A DNA stretch of 64,000 nt, from the NCBI GenBank assembly GCA_964187785.1, contig OZ076409.1, positions 16,370,001 to 16,434,000 of the forward strand, given 5' to 3'. Each line of letters begins with the position of its first letter. Position 1 is the stretch's first letter. The notes under the pieces are model-generated. The model had not been told where the DNA came from. It ran no database searches and worked only from the letters and a program-made list of their open reading frames with translations. The stretch comes from Amphiscolops sp. MND2022. Its lineage: Eukaryota. Shown one piece after another: positions 24,388 to 38,981 of this stretch. A program made the position numbers and the translations under genes.

Positions 24388-24946
24388 TTTTTGTCAGAAA
24401 TGTGGTTTAACTTCGGTGACAGTTTTGCAAAAGGGGTCAAATTGAAAAGATAGCAAAAAACGGACAACGCCATTAGAAAGAGCGTCCAAAAAAACCCCCA
24501 TGCTGAAATTTTCGCCGCCATCACTTGAATTTTCATTGAGTTATGTCATTTTTACTATTTTCACAAAATGTGGTTTAACTTCGGTGACAGTTTTGCAAAA
24601 GGGGTCAAAATGAACAGATAGCAAAAAACGGACAACGGCACTGGAAAGAGGGCCCAAAATTACCCCTAAAACGTGTTTTTCACACTCCTGAGTCGACTTT
24701 TGATAATACATGGAATTTCATTTTTAAGCTTACTAATTTATGCTTTTCAGCATACATTTTCGTAATAGAGTCAAAATTTTGCTTTCTCACAATTTTTCTG
24801 GAATATTTTTGTTTCATCAGATGTCAATAACTTGAAACGTCGTCTTTTCATGAGAATTTCTCCTCAAAACAAGTTGTTGGCTGGTAATGGTAAGTCCGTA
24901 CCGCAGATAGGAGTCTCGCGCTCCAAAAATTGACTCTTTGCTTTTA

Positions 24947-25188
24947 GCCTAATTGTTGTGATAAACTTATTAAATAGGTAAGTATTCCAACCTCGGAATA
25001 TTTCTTGCCTGTTTGAGGTGTTAATCACACATACTTATCAATAGGGCCCAAAAGCCAGTAACCAAAAACCAGTAACCAATAACCAACCTGTACTTACTGT
25101 TTGAAAGGTAAGTATTCCAACCCTATTGATAAGTTTTATTTGAAAGCAGACTGCGAAAGTGGTCTGCTGCCCAATTTTTGAACAAGGA
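24947..25188 (+). ncRNA. SL RNA gene with a 130-bp expansion
   Basis: Duplication at 24976-24992 and 25106-25122; insert at 24993-25105. Confidence 0.8.
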
Positions 25189-25302
25189 ACAAGCTAGTCT
25201 GCACTAACTTAAAAGTTACGCGTATTTTGACCGAGAAAATTTTCGTATCATTGTACGTTATTTTGTTGTTAAGCATATAAAGCTATTGATTCTACAATGA
25301 TC

Positions 25303-25421
25303 GGCTACGACCATACCATGTTGAATGCACCGGTTCTCGTCCGATCACCGAAGTTAAACAACATAGGGCCTGGTTAGTACTTGGATGGGAGACCGCTTGG
25401 GAACACCAGGTGTTGTAGCCT
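25303..25421 (+). rRNA. 5S rRNA: 5S rRNA
   Basis: Array copy. Confidence 0.98.
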
Positions 25422-26206
25422 TTTTTGTCAGAAATGTGGTTTAACTTCGGTGACAGTTTTGCAAAAGGGGTCAAATTGAAAAGATAGCAAAAAACGGACA
25501 ACGCCATTAGAAAGAGCGTCCAAAAAAACCCCCATGCTGAAATTTTCGCCGCCATCACTTGAATTTTCATTGAGTTATGTCATTTTTACTATTTTCACAA
25601 AATGTGGTTTAACTTCGGTGACAGTTTTGCAAAAGGGGTCAAAATGAACAGATAGCAAAAAACGGACAACGGCACTGGAAAGAGGGCCCAAAATTACCCC
25701 TAAAACGTGTTTTTCACACTCCTGAGTCGACTTTTGATAATACATGGAATTTCATTTTTAAGCTTACTAATTTATGCTTTTCAGCATACATTTTCGTAAT
25801 AGAGTCAAAATTTTGCTTTCTCACAATTTTTCTGGAATATTTTTGTTTCATCAGATGTCAATAACTTGAAACGTCGTCTTTTCATGAGAATTTCTCCTCA
25901 AAACAAGTTGTTGGCTGGTAATGGTAAGTCCGTACCGCAGATAGGAGTCTCGCGCTCCAAAAATTGACTCTTTGCTTTTAGCCTAATTGTTGTGATAAAC
26001 TTATTAAATAGGTAAGTATTCCAACCCTATTGATAAGTTTTATTTGAAAGCAGACTGCGAAAGTGGTCTGCTGCCCAATTTTTGAACAAGGAACAAGCTA
26101 GTCTGCACTAACTTAAAAGTTACGCGTATTTTGACCGAGAAAATTTTCGTATCATTGTACGTTATTTTGTTGTTAAGCATATAAAGCTATTGATTCTACA
26201 ATGATC

Positions 26207-26325
26207 GGCTACGACCATACCATGTTGAATGCACCGGTTCTCGTCCGATCACCGAAGTTAAACAACATAGGGCCTGGTTAGTACTTGGATGGGAGACCGC
26301 TTGGGAACACCAGGTGTTGTAGCCT
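26207..26325 (+). rRNA. 5S rRNA: 5S rRNA
   Basis: Array copy. Confidence 0.98.
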
Positions 26326-27110
26326 TTTTTGTCAGAAATGTGGTTTAACTTCGGTGACAGTTTTGCAAAAGGGGTCAAATTGAAAAGATAGCAAAAAACG
26401 GACAACGCCATTAGAAAGAGCGTCCAAAAAAACCCCCATGCTGAAATTTTCGCCGCCATCACTTGAATTTTCATTGAGTTATGTCATTTTTACTATTTTC
26501 ACAAAATGTGGTTTAACTTCGGTGACAGTTTTGCAAAAGGGGTCAAAATGAACAGATAGCAAAAAACGGACAACGGCACTGGAAAGAGGGCCCAAAATTA
26601 CTCCTAAAACGTGTTTTTCACACTCCTGAGTCGACTTTTGATAATACATGGAATTTCATTTTTAAGCTTACTAATTTATGCTTTTCAGCATACATTTTCG
26701 TAATAGAGTCAAAATTTTGCTTTCTCACAATTTTTCTGGAATATTTTTGTTTCATCAGATGTCAATAACTTGAAACGTCGTCTTTTCATGAGAATTTCTC
26801 CTCAAAACAAGTTGTTGGCTGGTAATGGTAAGTCCGTACCGCAGATAGGAGTCTCGCGCTCCAAAAATTGACTCTTTGCTTTTAGCCTAATTGTTGTGAT
26901 AAACTTATTAAATAGGTAAGTATTCCAACCCTATTGATAAGTTTTATTTGAAAGCAGACTGCGAAAGTGGTCTGCTGCCCAATTTTTGAACAAGGAACAA
27001 GCTAGTCTGCACTAACTTAAAAGTTACGCGTATTTTGACCGAGAAAATTTTCGTATCATTGTACGTTATTTTGTTGTTAAGCATATAAAGCTATTGATTC
27101 TACAATGATC

Positions 27111-27229
27111 GGCTACGACCATACCATGTTGAATGCACCGGTTCTCGTCCGATCACCGAAGTTAAACAACATAGGGCCTGGTTAGTACTTGGATGGGAGA
27201 CCGCTTGGGAACACCAGGTGTTGTAGCCT
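27111..27229 (+). rRNA. 5S rRNA: 5S rRNA
   Basis: Array copy. Confidence 0.98.
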
Positions 27230-28014
27230 TTTTTGTCAGAAATGTGGTTTAACTTCGGTGACAGTTTTGCAAAAGGGGTCAAATTGAAAAGATAGCAAAA
27301 AACGGACAACGCCATTAGAAAGAGCGTCCAAAAAAACCCCCATGCTGAAATTTTCGCCGCCATCACTTGAATTTTCATTGAGTTATGTCATTTTTACTAT
27401 TTTCACAAAATGTGGTTTAACTTCGGTGACAGTTTTGCAAAAGGGGTCAAAATGAACAGATAGCAAAAAACGGACAACGGCATTGGAAAGAGGGCCCAAA
27501 ATTACCCCTAAAACGTGTTTTTCACACTCCTGAGTCGACTTTTGATAATACATGGAATTTCATTTTTAAGCTTACTAATTTATGCTTTTCAGCATACATT
27601 TTCGTAATAGAGTCAAAATTTTGCTTTCTCACAATTTTTCTGGAATATTTTTGTTTCATCAGATGTCAATAACTTGAAACGTCGTCTTTTCATGAGAATT
27701 TCTCCTCAAAACAAGTTGTTGGCTGGTAATGGTAAGTCCGTACCGCAGATAGGAGTCTCGCGCTCCAAAAATTGACTCTTTGCTTTTAGCCTAATTGTTG
27801 TGATAAACTTATTAAATAGGTAAGTATTCCAACCCTATTGATAAGTTTTATTTGAAAGCAGACTGCGAAAGTGGTCTGCTGCCCAATTTTTGAACAAGGA
27901 ACAAGCTAGTCTGCACTAACTTAAAAGTTACGCGTATTTTGACCGAGAAAATTTTCGTATCATTGTACGTAATTTTGTTGTTAAGCATATAAAGCTATTG
28001 ATTCTACAATGATC

Positions 28015-28133
28015 GGCTACGACCATACCATGTTGAATGCACCGGTTCTCGTCCGATCACCGAAGTTAAACAACATAGGGCCTGGTTAGTACTTGGATGG
28101 GAGACCGCTTGGGAACACCAGGTGTTGTAGCCT
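28015..28133 (+). rRNA. 5S rRNA: 5S rRNA
   Basis: Array copy. Confidence 0.98.
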
Positions 28134-28918
28134 TTTTTGTCAGAAATGTGGTTTAACTTCGGTGACAGTTTTGCAAAAGGGGTCAAATTGAAAAGATAGC
28201 AAAAAACGGACAACGCCATTAGAAAGAGCGTCCAAAAAAACCCCCATGCTGAAATTTTCGCCGCCATCACTTGAATTTTCATTGAGTTATGTCATTTTTA
28301 CTATTTTCACAAAATGTGGTTTAACTTCGGTGACAGTTTTGCAAAAGGGGTCAAAATGAACAGATAGCAAAAAACGGACAACGGCATTGGAAAGAGGGCC
28401 CAAAATTACCCCTAAAACGTGTTTTTCACACTCCTGAGTCGACTTTTGATAATACATGGAATTTCATTTTTAAGCTTACTAATTTATGCTTTTCAGCATA
28501 CATTTTCGTAATAGAGTCAAAATTTTGCTTTCTCACAATTTTTCTGGAATATTTTTGTTTCATCAGATGTCAATAACTTGAAACGTCGTCTTTTCATGAG
28601 AATTTCTCCTCAAAACAAGTTGTTGGCTGGTAATGGTAAGTCCGTACCGCAGATAGGAGTCTCGCGCTCCAAAAATTGACTCTTTGCTTTTAGCCTAATT
28701 GTTGTGATAAACTTATTAAATAGGTAAGTATTCCAACCCTATTGATAAGTTTTATTTGAAAGCAGACTGCGAAAGTGGTCTGCTGCCCAATTTTTGAACA
28801 AGGAACAAGCTAGTCTGCACTAACTTAAAAGTTACGCGTATTTTGACCGAGAAAATTTTCGTATCATTGTACGTAATTTTGTTGTTAAGCATATAAAGCT
28901 ATTGATTCTACAATGATC

Positions 28919-29037
28919 GGCTACGACCATACCATGTTGAATGCACCGGTTCTCGTCCGATCACCGAAGTTAAACAACATAGGGCCTGGTTAGTACTTGG
29001 ATGGGAGACCGCTTGGGAACACCAGGTGTTGTAGCCT
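28919..29037 (+). rRNA. 5S rRNA: 5S rRNA
   Basis: Array copy. Confidence 0.98.
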
Positions 29038-29822
29038 TTTTTGTCAGAAATGTGGTTTAACTTCGGTGACAGTTTTGCAAAAGGGGTCAAATTGAAAAGA
29101 TAGCAAAAAACGGACAACGCCATTAGAAAGAGCGTCCAAAAAAACCCCCATGCTGAAATTTTCGCCGCCATCACTTGAATTTTCATTGAGTTATGTCATT
29201 TTTACTATTTTCACAAAATGTGGTTTAACTTCGGTGACAGTTTTGCAAAAGGGGTCAAAATGAACAGATAGCAAAAAACGGACAACGGCATTGGAAAGAG
29301 GGCCCAAAATTACCCCTAAAACGTGTTTTTCACACTCCTGAGTCGACTTTTGATAATACATGGAATTTCATTTTTAAGCTTACTAATTTATGCTTTTCAG
29401 CATACATTTTCGTAATAGAGTCAAAATTTTGCTTTCTCACAATTTTTCTGGAATATTTTTGTTTCATCAGATGTCAATAACTTGAAACGTCGTCTTTTCA
29501 TGAGAATTTCTCCTCAAAACAAGTTGTTGGCTGGTAATGGTAAGTCCGTACCGCAGATAGGAGTCTCGCGCTCCAAAAATTGACTCTTTGCTTTTAGCCT
29601 AATTGTTGTGATAAACTTATTAAATAGGTAAGTATTCCAACCCTATTGATAAGTTTTATTTGAAAGCAGACTGCGAAAGTGGTCTGCTGCCCAATTTTTG
29701 AACAAGGAACAAGCTAGTCTGCACTAACTTAAAAGTTACGCGTATTTTGACCGAGAAAATTTTCGTATCATTGTACGTAATTTTGTTGTTAAGCATATAA
29801 AGCTATTGATTCTACAATGATC

Positions 29823-29941
29823 GGCTACGACCATACCATGTTGAATGCACCGGTTCTCGTCCGATCACCGAAGTTAAACAACATAGGGCCTGGTTAGTAC
29901 TTGGATGGGAGACCGCTTGGGAACACCAGGTGTTGTAGCCT
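29823..29941 (+). rRNA. 5S rRNA: 5S rRNA
   Basis: Array copy. Confidence 0.98.
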
Positions 29942-30726
29942 TTTTTGTCAGAAATGTGGTTTAACTTCGGTGACAGTTTTGCAAAAGGGGTCAAATTGAA
30001 AAGATAGCAAAAAACGGACAACGCCATTAGAAAGAGCGTCCAAAAAAACCCCCATGCTGAAATTTTCGCCGCCATCACTTGAATTTTCATTGAGTTATGT
30101 CATTTTTACTATTTTCACAAAATGTGGTTTAACTTCGGTGACAGTTTTGCAAAAGGGGTCAAAATGAACAGATAGCAAAAAACGGACAACGGCATTGGAA
30201 AGAGGGCCCAAAATTACCCCTAAAACGTGTTTTTCACACTCCTGAGTCGACTTTTGATAATACATGGAATTTCATTTTTAAGCTTACTAATTTATGCTTT
30301 TCAGCATACATTTTCGTAATAGAGTCAAAATTTTGCTTTCTCACAATTTTTCTGGAATATTTTTGTTTCATCAGATGTCAATAACTTGAAACGTCGTCTT
30401 TTCATGAGAATTTCTCCTCAAAACAAGTTGTTGGCTGGTAATGGTAAGTCCGTACCGCAGATAGGAGTCTCGCGCTCCAAAAATTGACTCTTTGCTTTTA
30501 GCCTAATTGTTGTGATAAACTTATTAAATAGGTAAGTATTCCAACCCTATTGATAAGTTTTATTTGAAAGCAGACTGCGAAAGTGGTCTGCTGCCCAATT
30601 TTTGAACAAGGAACAAGCTAGTCTGCACTAACTTAAAAGTTACGCGTATTTTGACCGAGAAAATTTTCGTATCATTGTACGTAATTTTGTTGTTAAGCAT
30701 ATAAAGCTATTGATTCTACAATGATC

Positions 30727-30845
30727 GGCTACGACCATACCATGTTGAATGCACCGGTTCTCGTCCGATCACCGAAGTTAAACAACATAGGGCCTGGTTA
30801 GTACTTGGATGGGAGACCGCTTGGGAACACCAGGTGTTGTAGCCT
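30727..30845 (+). rRNA. 5S rRNA: 5S rRNA
   Basis: Array copy. Confidence 0.98.
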
Positions 30846-31630
30846 TTTTTGTCAGAAATGTGGTTTAACTTCGGTGACAGTTTTGCAAAAGGGGTCAAAT
30901 TGAAAAGATAGCAAAAAACGGACAACGCCATTAGAAAGAGCGTCCAAAAAAACCCCCATGCTGAAATTTTCGCCGCCATCACTTGAATTTTCATTGAGTT
31001 ATGTCATTTTTACTATTTTCACAAAATGTGGTTTAACTTCGGTGACAGTTTTGCAAAAGGGGTCAAAATGAACAGATAGCAAAAAACGGACAACGGCATT
31101 GGAAAGAGGGCCCAAAATTACCCCTAAAACGTGTTTTTCACACTCCTGAGTCGACTTTTGATAATACATGGAATTTCATTTTTAAGCTTACTAATTTATG
31201 CTTTTCAGCATACATTTTCGTAATAGAGTCAAAATTTTGCTTTCTCACAATTTTTCTGGAATATTTTTGTTTCATCAGATGTCAATAACTTGAAACGTCG
31301 TCTTTTCATGAGAATTTCTCCTCAAAACAAGTTGTTGGCTGGTAATGGTAAGTCCGTACCGCAGATAGGAGTCTCGCGCTCCAAAAATTGACTCTTTGCT
31401 TTTAGCCTAATTGTTGTGATAAACTTATTAAATAGGTAAGTATTCCAACCCTATTGATAAGTTTTATTTGAAAGCAGACTGCGAAAGTGGTCTGCTGCCC
31501 AATTTTTGAACAAGGAACAAGCTAGTCTGCACTAACTTAAAAGTTACGCGTATTTTGACCGAGAAAATTTTCGTATCATTGTACGTAATTTTGTTGTTAA
31601 GCATATAAAGCTATTGATTCTACAATGATC

Positions 31631-31749
31631 GGCTACGACCATACCATGTTGAATGCACCGGTTCTCGTCCGATCACCGAAGTTAAACAACATAGGGCCTG
31701 GTTAGTACTTGGATGGGAGACCGCTTGGGAACACCAGGTGTTGTAGCCT
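31631..31749 (+). rRNA. 5S rRNA: 5S rRNA
   Basis: Array copy. Confidence 0.98.
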
Positions 31750-32534
31750 TTTTTGTCAGAAATGTGGTTTAACTTCGGTGACAGTTTTGCAAAAGGGGTC
31801 AAATTGAAAAGATAGCAAAAAACGGACAACGCCATTAGAAAGAGCGTCCAAAAAAACCCCCATGCTGAAATTTTCGCCGCCATCACTTGAATTTTCATTG
31901 AGTTATGTCATTTTTACTATTTTCACAAAATGTGGTTTAACTTCGGTGACAGTTTTGCAAAAGGGGTCAAAATGAACAGATAGCAAAAAACGGACAACGG
32001 CATTGGAAAGAGGGCCCAAAATTACCCCTAAAACGTGTTTTTCACACTCCTGAGTCGACTTTTGATAATACATGGAATTTCATTTTTAAGCTTACTAATT
32101 TATGCTTTTCAGCATACATTTTCGTAATAGAGTCAAAATTTTGCTTTCTCACAATTTTTCTGGAATATTTTTGTTTCATCAGATGTCAATAACTTGAAAC
32201 GTCGTCTTTTCATGAGAATTTCTCCTCAAAACAAGTTGTTGGCTGGTAATGGTAAGTCCGTACCGCAGATAGGAGTCTCGCGCTCCAAAAATTGACTCTT
32301 TGCTTTTAGCCTAATTGTTGTGATAAACTTATTAAATAGGTAAGTATTCCAACCCTATTGATAAGTTTTATTTGAAAGCAGACTGCGAAAGTGGTCTGCT
32401 GCCCAATTTTTGAACAAGGAACAAGCTAGTCTGCACTAACTTAAAAGTTACGCGTATTTTGACCGAGAAAATTTTCGTATCATTGTACGTAATTTTGTTG
32501 TTAAGCATATAAAGCTATTGATTCTACAATGATC

Positions 32535-32653
32535 GGCTACGACCATACCATGTTGAATGCACCGGTTCTCGTCCGATCACCGAAGTTAAACAACATAGGG
32601 CCTGGTTAGTACTTGGATGGGAGACCGCTTGGGAACACCAGGTGTTGTAGCCT
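32535..32653 (+). rRNA. 5S rRNA: 5S rRNA
   Basis: Array copy. Confidence 0.98.
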
Positions 32654-33438
32654 TTTTTGTCAGAAATGTGGTTTAACTTCGGTGACAGTTTTGCAAAAGG
32701 GGTCAAATTGAAAAGATAGCAAAAAACGGACAACGCCATTAGAAAGAGCGTCCAAAAAAAACCCCATGCTGAAATTTTCGCCGCCATCACTTGAATTTTC
32801 ATTGAGTTATGTCATTTTTACTATTTTCACAAAATGTGGTTTAACTTCGGTGACAGTTTTGCAAAAGGGGTCAAAATGAACAGATAGCAAAAAACGGACA
32901 ACGGCATTGGAAAGAGGGCCCAAAATTACCCCTAAAACGTGTTTTTCACACTCCTGAGTCGACTTTTGATAATACATGGAATTTCATTTTTAAGCTTACT
33001 AATTTATGCTTTTCAGCATACATTTTCGTAATAGAGTCAAAATTTTGCTTTCTCACAATTTTTCTGGAATATTTTTGTTTCATCAGATGTCAATAACTTG
33101 AAACGTCGTCTTTTCATGAGAATTTCTCCTCAAAACAAGTTGTTGGCTGGTAATGGTAAGTCCGTACCGCAGATAGGAGTCTCGCGCTCCAAAAATTGAC
33201 TCTTTGCTTTTAGCCTAATTGTTGTGATAAACTTATTAAATAGGTAAGTATTCCAACCCTATTGATAAGTTTTATTTGAAAGCAGACTGCGAAAGTGGTC
33301 TGCTGCCCAATTTTTGAACAAGGAACAAGCTAGTCTGCACTAACTTAAAAGTTACGCGTATTTTGACCGAGAAAATTTTCGTATCATTGTACGTAATTTT
33401 GTTGTTAAGCATATAAAGCTATTGATTCTACAATGATC

Positions 33439-33557
33439 GGCTACGACCATACCATGTTGAATGCACCGGTTCTCGTCCGATCACCGAAGTTAAACAACAT
33501 AGGGCCTGGTTAGTACTTGGATGGGAGACCGCTTGGGAACACCAGGTGTTGTAGCCT
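33439..33557 (+). rRNA. 5S rRNA: 5S rRNA
   Basis: Array copy. Confidence 0.98.
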
Positions 33558-34342
33558 TTTTTGTCAGAAATGTGGTTTAACTTCGGTGACAGTTTTGCAA
33601 AAGGGGTCAAATTGAAAAGATAGCAAAAAACGGACAACGCCATTAGAAAGAGCGTCCAAAAAAACCCCCATGCTGAAATTTTCGCCGCCATCACTTGAAT
33701 TTTCATTGAGTTATGTCATTTTTACTATTTTCACAAAATGTGGTTTAACTTCGGTGACAGTTTTGCAAAAGGGGTCAAAATGAACAGATAGCAAAAAACG
33801 GACAACGGCATTGGAAAGAGGGCCCAAAATTACCCCTAAAACGTGTTTTTCACACTCCTGAGTCGACTTTTGATAATACATGGAATTTCATTTTTAAGCT
33901 TACTAATTTATGCTTTTCAGCATACATTTTCGTAATAGAGTCAAAATTTTGCTTTCTCACAATTTTTCTGGAATATTTTTGTTTCATCAGATGTCAATAA
34001 CTTGAAACGTCGTCTTTTCATGAGAATTTCTCCTCAAAACAAGTTGTTGGCTGGTAATGGTAAGTCCGTACCGCAGATAGGAGTCTCGCGCTCCAAAAAT
34101 TGACTCTTTGCTTTTAGCCTAATTGTTGTGATAAACTTATTAAATAGGTAAGTATTCCAACCCTATTGATAAGTTTTATTTGAAAGCAGACTGCGAAAGT
34201 GGTCTGCTGCCCAATTTTTGAACAAGGAACAAGCTAGTCTGCACTAACTTAAAAGTTACGCGTATTTTGACCGAGAAAATTTTCGTATCATTGTACGTAA
34301 TTTTGTTGTTAAGCATATAAAGCTATTGATTCTACAATGATC

Positions 34343-34461
34343 GGCTACGACCATACCATGTTGAATGCACCGGTTCTCGTCCGATCACCGAAGTTAAACA
34401 ACATAGGGCCTGGTTAGTACTTGGATGGGAGACCGCTTGGGAACACCAGGTGTTGTAGCCT
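34343..34461 (+). rRNA. 5S rRNA: 5S rRNA
   Basis: Array copy. Confidence 0.98.
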
Positions 34462-35246
34462 TTTTTGTCAGAAATGTGGTTTAACTTCGGTGACAGTTTT
34501 GCAAAAGGGGTCAAATTGAAAAGATAGCAAAAAACGGACAACGCCATTAGAAAGAGCGTCCAAAAAAACCCCCATGCTGAAATTTTCGCCGCCATCACTT
34601 GAATTTTCATTGAGTTATGTCATTTTTACTATTTTCACAAAATGTGGTTTAACTTCGGTGACAGTTTTGCAAAAGGGGTCAAAATGAACAGATAGCAAAA
34701 AACGGACAACGGCATTGGAAAGAGGGCCCAAAATTACCCCTAAAACGTGTTTTTCACACTCCTGAGTCGACTTTTGATAATACATGGAATTTCATTTTTA
34801 AGCTTACTAATTTATGCTTTTCAGCATACATTTTCGTAATAGAGTCAAAATTTTGCTTTCTCACAATTTTTCTGGAATATTTTTGTTTCATCAGATGTCA
34901 ATAACTTGAAACGTCGTCTTTTCATGAGAATTTCTCCTCAAAACAAGTTGTTGGCTGGTAATGGTAAGTCCGTACCGCAGATAGGAGTCTCGCGCTCCAA
35001 AAATTGACTCTTTGCTTTTAGCCTAATTGTTGTGATAAACTTATTAAATAGGTAAGTATTCCAACCCTATTGATAAGTTTTATTTGAAAGCAGACTGCGA
35101 AAGTGGTCTGCTGCCCAATTTTTGAACAAGGAACAAGCTAGTCTGCACTAACTTAAAAGTTACGCGTATTTTGACCGAGAAAATTTTCGTATCATTGTAC
35201 GTAATTTTGTTGTTAAGCATATAAAGCTATTGATTCTACAATGATC

Positions 35247-35365
35247 GGCTACGACCATACCATGTTGAATGCACCGGTTCTCGTCCGATCACCGAAGTTA
35301 AACAACATAGGGCCTGGTTAGTACTTGGATGGGAGACCGCTTGGGAACACCAGGTGTTGTAGCCT
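35247..35365 (+). rRNA. 5S rRNA: 5S rRNA
   Basis: Array copy. Confidence 0.98.
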
Positions 35366-36150
35366 TTTTTGTCAGAAATGTGGTTTAACTTCGGTGACAG
35401 TTTTGCAAAAGGGGTCAAATTGAAAAGATAGCAAAAAACGGACAACGCCATTAGAAAGAGCGTCCAAAAAAACCCCCATGCTGAAATTTTCGCCGCCATC
35501 ACTTGAATTTTCATTGAGTTATGTCATTTTTACTATTTTCACAAAATGTGGTTTAACTTCGGTGACAGTTTTGCAAAAGGGGTCAAAATGAACAGATAGC
35601 AAAAAACGGACAACGGCATTGGAAAGAGGGCCCAAAATTACCCCTAAAACGTGTTTTTCACACTCCTGAGTCGACTTTTGATAATACATGGAATTTCATT
35701 TTTAAGCTTACTAATTTATGCTTTTCAGCATACATTTTCGTAATAGAGTCAAAATTTTGCTTTCTCACAATTTTTCTGGAATATTTTTGTTTCATCAGAT
35801 GTCAATAACTTGAAACGTCGTCTTTTCATGAGAATTTCTCCTCAAAACAAGTTGTTGGCTGGTAATGGTAAGTCCGTACCGCAGATGGGAGTCTCGCGCT
35901 CCAAAAATTGACTCTTTGCTTTTAGCCTAATTGTTGTGATAAACTTATTAAATAGGTAAGTATTCCAACCCTATTGATAAGTTTTATTTGAAAGCAGACT
36001 GCGAAAGTGGTCTGCTGCCCAATTTTTGAACAAGGAACAAGCTAGTCTGCACTAACTTAAAAGTTACGCGTATTTTGACCGAGAAAATTTTCGTATCATT
36101 GTACGTAATTTTGTTGTTAAGCATATAAAGCTATTGATTCTACAATGATC

Positions 36151-36269
36151 GGCTACGACCATACCATGTTGAATGCACCGGTTCTCGTCCGATCACCGAA
36201 GTTAAACAACATAGGGCCTGGTTAGTACTTGGATGGGAGACCGCTTGGGAACACCAGGTGTTGTAGCCT
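36151..36269 (+). rRNA. 5S rRNA: 5S rRNA
   Basis: Array copy. Confidence 0.98.
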
Positions 36270-37054
36270 TTTTTGTCAGAAATGTGGTTTAACTTCGGTG
36301 ACAGTTTTGCAAAAGGGGTCAAATTGAAAAGATAGCAAAAAACGGACAACGCCATTAGAAAGAGCGTCCAAAAAAACCCCCATGCTGAAATTTTCGCCGC
36401 CATCACTTGAATTTTCATTGAGTTATGTCATTTTTACTATTTTCACAAAATGTGGTTTAACTTCGGTGACAGTTTTGCAAAAGGGGTCAAAATGAACAGA
36501 TAGCAAAAAACGGACAACGGCATTGGAAAGAGGGCCCAAAATTACCCCTAAAACGTGTTTTTCACACTCCTGAGTCGACTTTTGATAATACATGGAATTT
36601 CATTTTTAAGCTTACTAATTTATGCTTTTCAGCATACATTTTCGTAATAGAGTCAAAATTTTGCTTTCTCACAATTTTTCTGGAATATTTTTGTTTCATC
36701 AGATGTCAATAACTTGAAACGTCGTCTTTTCATGAGAATTTCTCCTCAAAACAAGTTGTTGGCTGGTAATGGTAAGTCCGTACCGCAGATAGGAGTCTCG
36801 CGCTCCAAAAATTGACTCTTTGCTTTTAGCCTAATTGTTGTGATAAACTTATTAAATAGGTAAGTATTCCAACCCTATTGATAAGTTTTATTTGAAAGCA
36901 GACTGCGAAAGTGGTCTGCTGCCCAATTTTTGAACAAGGAACAAGCTAGTCTGCACTAACTTAAAAGTTACGCGTATTTTGACCGAGAAAATTTTCGTAT
37001 CATTGTACGTAATTTTGTTGTTAAGCATATAAAGCTATTGATTCTACAATGATC

Positions 37055-37173
37055 GGCTACGACCATACCATGTTGAATGCACCGGTTCTCGTCCGATCAC
37101 CGAAGTTAAACAACATAGGGCCTGGTTAGTACTTGGATGGGAGACCGCTTGGGAACACCAGGTGTTGTAGCCT
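37055..37173 (+). rRNA. 5S rRNA: 5S rRNA
   Basis: Array copy. Confidence 0.98.
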
Positions 37174-37958
37174 TTTTTGTCAGAAATGTGGTTTAACTTC
37201 GGTGACAGTTTTGCAAAAGGGGTCAAATTGAAAAGATAGCAAAAAACGGACAACGCCATTAGAAAGAGCGTCCAAAAAAACCCCCATGCTGAAATTTTCG
37301 CCGCCATCACTTGAATTTTCATTGAGTTATGTCATTTTTACTATTTTCACAAAATGTGGTTTAACTTCGGTGACAGTTTTGCAAAAGGGGTCAAAATGAA
37401 CAGATAGCAAAAAACGGACAACGGCATTGGAAAGAGGGCCCAAAATTACCCCTAAAACGTGTTTTTCACACTCCTGAGTCGACTTTTGATAATACATGGA
37501 ATTTCATTTTTAAGCTTACTAATTTATGCTTTTCAGCATACATTTTCGTAATAGAGTCAAAATTTTGCTTTCTCACAATTTTTCTGGAATATTTTTGTTT
37601 CATCAGATGTCAATAACTTGAAACGTCGTCTTTTCATGAGAATTTCTCCTCAAAACAAGTTGTTGGCTGGTAATGGTAAGTCCGTACCGCAGATAGGAGT
37701 CTCGCGCTCCAAAAATTGACTCTTTGCTTTTAGCCTAATTGTTGTGATAAACTTATTAAATAGGTAAGTATTCCAACCCTATTGATAAGTTTTATTTGAA
37801 AGCAGACTGCGAAAGTGGTCTGCTGCCCAATTTTTGAACAAGGAACAAGCTAGTCTGCACTAACTTAAAAGTTACGCGTATTTTGACCGAGAAAATTTTC
37901 GTATCATTGTACGTAATTTTGTTGTTAAGCATATAAAGCTATTGATTCTACAATGATC

Positions 37959-38077
37959 GGCTACGACCATACCATGTTGAATGCACCGGTTCTCGTCCGA
38001 TCACCGAAGTTAAACAACATAGGGCCTGGTTAGTACTTGGATGGGAGACCGCTTGGGAACACCAGGTGTTGTAGCCT
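37959..38077 (+). rRNA. 5S rRNA: 5S rRNA
   Basis: Array copy. Confidence 0.98.
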
Positions 38078-38862
38078 TTTTTGTCAGAAATGTGGTTTAA
38101 CTTCGGTGACAGTTTTGCAAAAGGGGTCAAATTGAAAAGATAGCAAAAAACGGACAACGCCATTAGAAAGAGCGTCCAAAAAAACCCCCATGCTGAAATT
38201 TTCGCCGCCATCACTTGAATTTTCATTGAGTTATGTCATTTTTACTATTTTCACAAAATGTGGTTTAACTTCGGTGACAGTTTTGCAAAAGGGGTCAAAA
38301 TGAACAGATAGCAAAAAACGGACAACGGCATTGGAAAGAGGGCCCAAAATTACCCCTAAAACGTGTTTTTCACACTCCTGAGTCGACTTTTGATAATACA
38401 TGGAATTTCATTTTTAAGCTTACTAATTTATGCTTTTCAGCATACATTTTCGTAATAGAGTCAAAATTTTGCTTTCTCACAATTTTTCTGGAATATTTTT
38501 GTTTCATCAGATGTCAATAACTTGAAACGTCGTCTTTTCATGAGAATTTCTCCTCAAAACAAGTTGTTGGCTGGTAATGGTAAGTCCGTACCGCAGATAG
38601 GAGTCTCGCGCTCCAAAAATTGACTCTTTGCTTTTAGCCTAATTGTTGTGATAAACTTATTAAATAGGTAAGTATTCCAACCCTATTGATAAGTTTTATT
38701 TGAAAGCAGACTGCGAAAGTGGTCTGCTGCCCAATTTTTGAACAAGGAACAAGCTAGTCTGCACTAACTTAAAAGTTACGCGTATTTTGACCGAGAAAAT
38801 TTTCGTATCATTGTACGTAATTTTGTTGTTAAGCATATAAAGCTATTGATTCTACAATGATC

Positions 38863-38981
38863 GGCTACGACCATACCATGTTGAATGCACCGGTTCTCGT
38901 CCGATCACCGAAGTTAAACAACATAGGGCCTGGTTAGTACTTGGATGGGAGACCGCTTGGGAACACCAGGTGTTGTAGCCT
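38863..38981 (+). rRNA. 5S rRNA: 5S rRNA
   Basis: Array copy. Confidence 0.98.
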
